Assembly: GCA_965216755.1 (NCBI GenBank) | Contig: CBDCGL010000011.1 | Location: 64,001-128,000 of the forward strand | DNA length: 64,000 bases | Source: Alphaproteobacteria bacterium | GTDB taxonomy: Bacteria > Pseudomonadota > Alphaproteobacteria > UBA7887 | Direction: 5' to 3' | Shown here: piece after piece, positions 59,381 to 64,000 of the stretch | Numbering within the stretch: position 1 is the stretch's first letter | How the letters are laid out: each line of letters begins with the position of its first letter | Made by a program: the position numbers and the translations under genes | Notes under the pieces: generated by a model | What the model was told of the DNA's origin: nothing | Seen by the model: the letters and a program-made list of their open reading frames with translations, nothing else | The model's database searches: none

Positions 59381-61609
59381 CTATATTTGTTCCAAATGAA
59401 ACGGTTGTCCCAACCGGAAATCCACCGATCGCGGCTGGATTTGCGCAAAACCGCCATCATGGGCCAATGGACTTGCATTTTTGTCGCGGTGCTTGCGGAG
59501 CGCAGCGAGTGGGGGACAAGATTGCGCGTCGTAATAAAGGACCTGGCAATCTAAGCAATAGAAGCATTCGGTCATGTTGATCCGGCCATTCGGCTCGATG
59601 GCGTCGATCGGGCATCGTCTTTCACACAGCCGACAGGGAGCGCCACATTCGGTTCGGCGTACAAGTGGTGACAGGATGCGTAAACGGCCCGCAAGGGCGA
59701 GCAATGCGCCAAGTGGGCAAATATATCGGCAAAACAGTCGCTCTATGAACAGTCCGGCCGTGAGCAGCGCAACAGCGTAAAAGACATATGGCCAAGACCT
59801 ATCGAACTTTGCTGTCATGACCGTCTTGAACGGTTCAATTTCGGTTGCTGTTAGAGCGTGCGGTAGTGAATAGACGGCTAGGGCAAGTATTATTGCTGCG
59901 ATGGCGTACTTGGCGAGCCAAAGCCGGCGCTGGACGGCATGTGGAACTCTAAACTGCGGCACGCGAAGGCCGACTGCTATTTTGTTGAGAATTTCTTGAA
60001 CGGCGCCAAACGGACAAAGCCAACCGCAGAACACACCACGCCCCCAAAGCACGAGTGTAATGGCGACATAAATCGATAGAATCAACAGCAGCGGGTCAAG
60101 AAGTACCGTTGTCCAATCGAGTCCGAGAACAAGTACGCGCGCATAGTTTATGACCGTCACGATCGTCAGCTGCCCGCCCGCCAGCCATCCCAGCCACACC
60201 ACTGTCATGAGCAACACACCATAGCGCACGACGATGCGGCCCGTTTCCGTGCGGCTAATGCGTGATTGAAAAAGAATGGCCAGGGAAACTGCCGTGAGCA
60301 ATGCGCCGAGCGCGCCAAGTTGCCAGCCCATGCCGATCCAAGTGAGTTGCCAGTCGCTCAACGTACTCTCGCGCAGCAAGCCGAAAGCGACAAAGCGTGG
60401 TGTTTTGAAACCTGCCTCTTCAAGCGCGTAGTCACTGCCGTCGACATGTTCCGCCGGGATGCGATAGGGCAGGCTGAAGTTGACTCGGCGGCGTGGGCCG
60501 TCCGGCTGTGCCATCTCATTCAGGCTGAATTGCAGGGCCCAAGGTTGCGTGGCGTCGAAGTCCAAGCGCGGCGGCAAGCTGAAGCGGGCGACCGCGTCGG
60601 TTTTCGGCGCCTCGTCGATCACAAGCTGCGATAGGCGACCGTAGTGCGACGGTAGCAAGCGTATCGATTTGTCATTCTGAACGATATCGATGGTGGTGTT
60701 CGATGGCTCTGGCCATTTTTCGACAGGTATCGCACGTCGGTCACCCTGCACGGCAATTATGATATGTTGCATGCGCGGGTTCGCACTTTGCAGCATTTTC
60801 CGATAGGCTGTTTGACCGGCGAGATTGGCCCCAATTGTCGGCGGTGTCGCGAGGGCTCCGTAGATCGTTAGGAATACCTCATCGTCGGCGCCCATGTTGA
60901 TTTCGGGTTTGGCAGCTGGCCCAAGTTGCCGCGCAAATTCATCACGAATGTCGCGATAGGTTAGGTTCAGCTGGCGCACCGATCCGTCGGCGACAAGGTC
61001 AGGCCAGGCGCGCTCCATGAAATCGAAGCGATCGACAGACAAGCCGCCGGAGTCATCGTCGATGATACGTTTTTCATAGCCGACTAAGATCGCAGCATTG
61101 GCGACGGCGCTCGCCATCGCCTTGGCGCTGACGGTGGCGCCGGATAAACCGTCAATCTGCCGCGGCACAGGCTGACGCATGGCACGTATGTCGGCGCCGT
61201 GGAGCCGGCCCAGAAATGAATCGATACGCGATAATGAGACAATGCCGTCGGCGATCATCGGCTCGTGTTCTTCCAACGTACGATGACCGACGATAATGCC
61301 GTCAGTGTCGAGGCCGATGACGATATCAAACGATGCGCCGAAGAAGCCGCCGGGACGCACGGTTTCGTGAGTTGAGAACAGGTACCCGATGACGTTTCCG
61401 GCGGCAATCACAGGCGCGATCGGCGGGTCGCCGGAGACGGTGCCAATGCTGTCGGCGGCTGGAAACAGATTTTTGATTAGGCCTGGCGATAGCCGAGTAT
61501 CCAACGGATCGTTCATTTCCGCGTGCGCGGCCGCTAGCGATCCGAGGTATATGCAGAAAAGGACGATGGCGGCGACGGAACGATAGTATGCATACTGCAA
61601 TAATGGCAT
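59381..61609 (-). CDS. NosR/NirI-family membrane flavo-iron-sulfur protein
   Basis: HEP, flavinylation motif DGLSGATVS, WGRGVFCGWLCPFGA, EPFKT, FCRYICP, CGAPCRLCERRC, CFYCLDC. Confidence 0.9.
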   Translation of the reverse strand: MPLLQYAYYRSVAAIVLFCIYLGSLAAAHAEMNDPLDTRLSPGLIKNLFPAADSIGTVSGDPPIAPVIAAGNVIGYLFSTHETVRPGGFFGASFDIVIGLDTDGIIVGHRTLEEHEPMIADGIVSLSRIDSFLGRLHGADIRAMRQPVPRQIDGLSGATVSAKAMASAVANAAILVGYEKRIIDDDSGGLSVDRFDFMERAWPDLVADGSVRQLNLTYRDIRDEFARQLGPAAKPEINMGADDEVFLTIYGALATPPTIGANLAGQTAYRKMLQSANPRMQHIIIAVQGDRRAIPVEKWPEPSNTTIDIVQNDKSIRLLPSHYGRLSQLVIDEAPKTDAVARFSLPPRLDFDATQPWALQFSLNEMAQPDGPRRRVNFSLPYRIPAEHVDGSDYALEEAGFKTPRFVAFGLLRESTLSDWQLTWIGMGWQLGALGALLTAVSLAILFQSRISRTETGRIVVRYGVLLMTVVWLGWLAGGQLTIVTVINYARVLVLGLDWTTVLLDPLLLILSIYVAITLVLWGRGVFCGWLCPFGAVQEILNKIAVGLRVPQFRVPHAVQRRLWLAKYAIAAIILALAVYSLPHALTATEIEPFKTVMTAKFDRSWPYVFYAVALLTAGLFIERLFCRYICPLGALLALAGRLRILSPLVRRTECGAPCRLCERRCPIDAIEPNGRINMTECFYCLDCQVLYYDAQSCPPLAALRKHRDKNASPLAHDGGFAQIQPRSVDFRLGQPFHLEQI

Positions 61610-61613
61610 TAGG

Positions 61614-62132
61614 CTAGCCGGACCGAATGCCGGACCCAACCGACGCTTGCTGGTTTGCGCCAGAACGCTCCATCGTTTCCCCGCTCTTTCCCACAACGGC
61701 GAGATTTTCTTTCAATTTCAGCAAGGCATCAATGAGTGTGTCTCTTTGCCGTTCGGAAAAACCGTCGAACGCTTGTGCATAAAGATCCATCGCCGGTCCA
61801 CGCATTGCTGCGAGGACTTGATCCGCACCGGGGGCCGTGAAAACGCGTTTGATGCGCCGATCGTCGCCGTCAGGGTGGCGCTCTATCCAGCCCTTTGCCT
61901 CCAGTCGATCGAGCAAGCCACCCAATGTGACTTTGCCGACATCCATCACCTCTGCGAGGGCAGATTGGGTTAAGCCCTGATCACGGTAGACAAAAGCCAG
62001 AACTTGCCATTGGGAACGCGTGATGCCGAGGGAGGCAACGCGGCGATCGAATGATTTGCGCATCAGGCGCGACGTATCATGCAAAAGAAACCCAATATTG
62101 CGTTCAAGACTCTCTGATTGATTTCTTGCCAT
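61614..62132 (-). CDS. MarR/SlyA family transcriptional regulator
   Basis: GFLLHD..RL, QSALA, LLDRLE.KG.IER, DRR. Confidence 0.93.
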   Translation of the reverse strand: MARNQSESLERNIGFLLHDTSRLMRKSFDRRVASLGITRSQWQVLAFVYRDQGLTQSALAEVMDVGKVTLGGLLDRLEAKGWIERHPDGDDRRIKRVFTAPGADQVLAAMRGPAMDLYAQAFDGFSERQRDTLIDALLKLKENLAVVGKSGETMERSGANQQASVGSGIRSG

Positions 62133-62149
62133 AGGCCAGCGTAACATAT

Positions 62150-62180
62150 CGTACGCATGCGTACAAAACGCATGCGTACG
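62150..62180. promoter_or_regulatory. Nested palindromic operator, probable MarR binding site
   Basis: CGTACGCATGCGT-ACAAA-ACGCATGCGTACG; each arm contains the palindrome ACGCATGCGT; lies between divergent marR and MMPL starts. Confidence 0.7.
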
Positions 62181-62276
62181 ACCGCTACGGCGCTTCGGCA
62201 TCCAGCATGCCCCGGTTTTCGGGCAGGTAGGCGATTGAACAAGGATCCACTCTCGCGATCCGAAGGGGGAGGAGCT

Positions 62277-64000
62277 ATGACGGACCCGGCACTGTCGGCG
62301 CGTACGCCCTACGGATACGGCGAATGGCTTGTACGCAATCGTTGGTTGGTAATTTTAGTGACGCTGATTGGGCTTTTCGCCACCGCGTATGGCATGAAGT
62401 TTTTGAGCGTCGCCAAGGACCTTAGGATCTATTTCGCAGAGGACAATCCTGAGGTCGTGGTCTACGACGCGCTCGAAAAAACATATGTTCGCAACGATAT
62501 TTTGCTTTTGGTGATCGCGCCGCAGGACGGCGACGTCTTCACGCGGGAAGCGCTGTCTGTCATCGAATCGATGACCAACGCTGCTTGGCAAATGCCGTTC
62601 TCACAGCGGGTCAACTCCGTCACGAACTATCAATATACCCGGGCCGACGGGGATGACCTGGTTGTCAGTGATTTGGTCGAGGGCGCCGAATCGTTGAGTG
62701 ATGATGAGCTTAGCGAAGTTCGTGACGTCGCGATGAACGAACCTTTGCTGCGTAATGCCGTGATTTCGGACCGCGGCCATGTGGCCGGTATTACCATAAA
62801 TATACTGAAGGGTGAGGATGGCGCCGCCGCTGTCGGCGGATCTTTGAAATACGCCCATCAAATGATTGCGGAACAGAAGGCCGCGCACCCGAACATAGAA
62901 TTCTACATTGGCGGCGGTATAGCTTCAGATGCCGCCTTTGGTACGGCGGCATTCCAAGAATTCTCAACTTTGTGGCCGATCGTCTATGGCGTCGTTCTGG
63001 TGGTGTTGGTTGTCGCGCTTCGCGCATTCTTCGGAACTGTGTTGACGATGCTCGTCATCTTTATGACTTCACTCATATCTTTGGGGGCCACGGGATGGGC
63101 GGGCGCGCCGCTCAATCCAACGACGATCAAAGCGCCGATTCTCTTGCTGACTCTGACGGTCGCCCACAGCGTCCATATTCTGGTCACGCTGTACCAGGAA
63201 ATGCGCGCCGGCCGGAGCAAGCACGATGCGATCATCGAATCTCTGCGCATCAATATGCAGCCGGTATTTGTCACCAGCGCAACAACATCCATTGGTTTTC
63301 TGGTCCTGAATTTCAGCGACACGCCGCCATTCCGCGAACTGGGTAATATCATCGGCTTTGGCATGATGATGGCGTTTGTTCTGTCGGTGACATTCTTGCC
63401 AGCCGCGATGGCTGTGTTGCCGGTACGTGTTAGGGTCAAGAGCGATGCAAAACGCGCTCCGCTGATGGACCGATTTGCCAGCTTCGTCATCGGCCGCCGC
63501 AAGGTCTTATTCTGGGCCACGCTGGTTGCGATTGTCGCCTTGTCGTCTGGGATTGCGCGGATAAACCTGGATGACAACTTCGTCGAGTATTTTGACCACA
63601 GATACGACTATCGCGTTCACGCAGATTTCATTGTCGACAATCTGACAGGCCTGCAAGCGATCGAGTATTCCCTGCCCGCGGGCGAGGATGGCGGCATTAG
63701 CGATCCACAATATTTGGCGAAGCTGGATGCGTTTGCCACATGGTATCGTGAGCAGCCAACAGTCGTGAATGTCAACAGCCTAAGCGACATCATCAAACGG
63801 CTGAACATGAACATGCACGGGGATGATCCGGAATACTATCGGGTCCCCGAGAGTCGCGAATTGGCCGCCCAATATTTATTTCTCTACGAACTGTCGCTCC
63901 CCTATGGTTTGGATTTGAACAACACGATTGATGTTGGCAAATCATCGACACGGTTCATCGTGACCATGGCCCATCAGACTTCGATGGGCCTGAAGCGCAT
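62277..64000 (+). CDS. MMPL/RND family transporter (runs off the window end; not in the ORF track)
   Basis: GGAGGAG RBS; MTDPALSART...DLRIYFAEDNPE, VAHSVH, TSATTSIGFL, NLDDNFVEYF, AQYLFLYELSLPYG. Confidence 0.9.
   Translation, partial: MTDPALSARTPYGYGEWLVRNRWLVILVTLIGLFATAYGMKFLSVAKDLRIYFAEDNPEVVVYDALEKTYVRNDILLLVIAPQDGDVFTREALSVIESMTNAAWQMPFSQRVNSVTNYQYTRADGDDLVVSDLVEGAESLSDDELSEVRDVAMNEPLLRNAVISDRGHVAGITINILKGEDGAAAVGGSLKYAHQMIAEQKAAHPNIEFYIGGGIASDAAFGTAAFQEFSTLWPIVYGVVLVVLVVALRAFFGTVLTMLVIFMTSLISLGATGWAGAPLNPTTIKAPILLLTLTVAHSVHILVTLYQEMRAGRSKHDAIIESLRINMQPVFVTSATTSIGFLVLNFSDTPPFRELGNIIGFGMMMAFVLSVTFLPAAMAVLPVRVRVKSDAKRAPLMDRFASFVIGRRKVLFWATLVAIVALSSGIARINLDDNFVEYFDHRYDYRVHADFIVDNLTGLQAIEYSLPAGEDGGISDPQYLAKLDAFATWYREQPTVVNVNSLSDIIKRLNMNMHGDDPEYYRVPESRELAAQYLFLYELSLPYGLDLNNTIDVGKSSTRFIVTMAHQTSMGLKR

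Noticed and set aside
1-64000. tRNA, rRNA, riboswitch or mobile elements
   Set aside because: None recognised by eye in the intergenic regions; a covariance-model scan would be needed to exclude small RNAs

Overview
This is a gene-dense, moderately GC-rich chromosomal segment. It is most likely from an alphaproteobacterium, given the metY-CoA-binding-enoyl-CoA hydratase / rplM-rpsI-argC arrangement, the Flp pilin and the FDH3-type operon. I saw no rRNA, tRNA, CRISPR array, integrase or transposase. Main blocks: (1) 0.1-13.5 kb, catabolic genes around a periplasmic PQQ alcohol dehydrogenase with the lanthanide-type D-Y-D motif, a cytochrome cL-like partner, a secreted SRPBCC (MxaD-like) protein and a GMC flavoprotein pair. 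(2) 14-34 kb, a supercluster of two convergent formate dehydrogenases (soluble NAD-linked Fdh1-type and Tat-exported Fdh3-type) with maturation genes, in which a thiol dioxygenase, a four-domain rhodanese and an RraA/HMG-aldolase are embedded. (3) 34-37 kb, Sel1-macrodomain-NudF-CutA and a frameshifted lipoprotein. (4) 37-44 kb, housekeeping genes, including a 58-aa Flp pilin missing from the ORF track. (5) 44-58 kb, an acyl-CoA/aromatic 2-oxoacid catabolism cluster with a Liv-type ABC transporter and fused Ior. (6) 58-64 kb, a MarR gene and a NosR-like flavoprotein with no nosZ in the window, divergent from an MMPL transporter, with a nested palindromic operator between them. All calls come from motif recognition by eye; no searches were run. 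Several start codons were trimmed relative to the ORF track.
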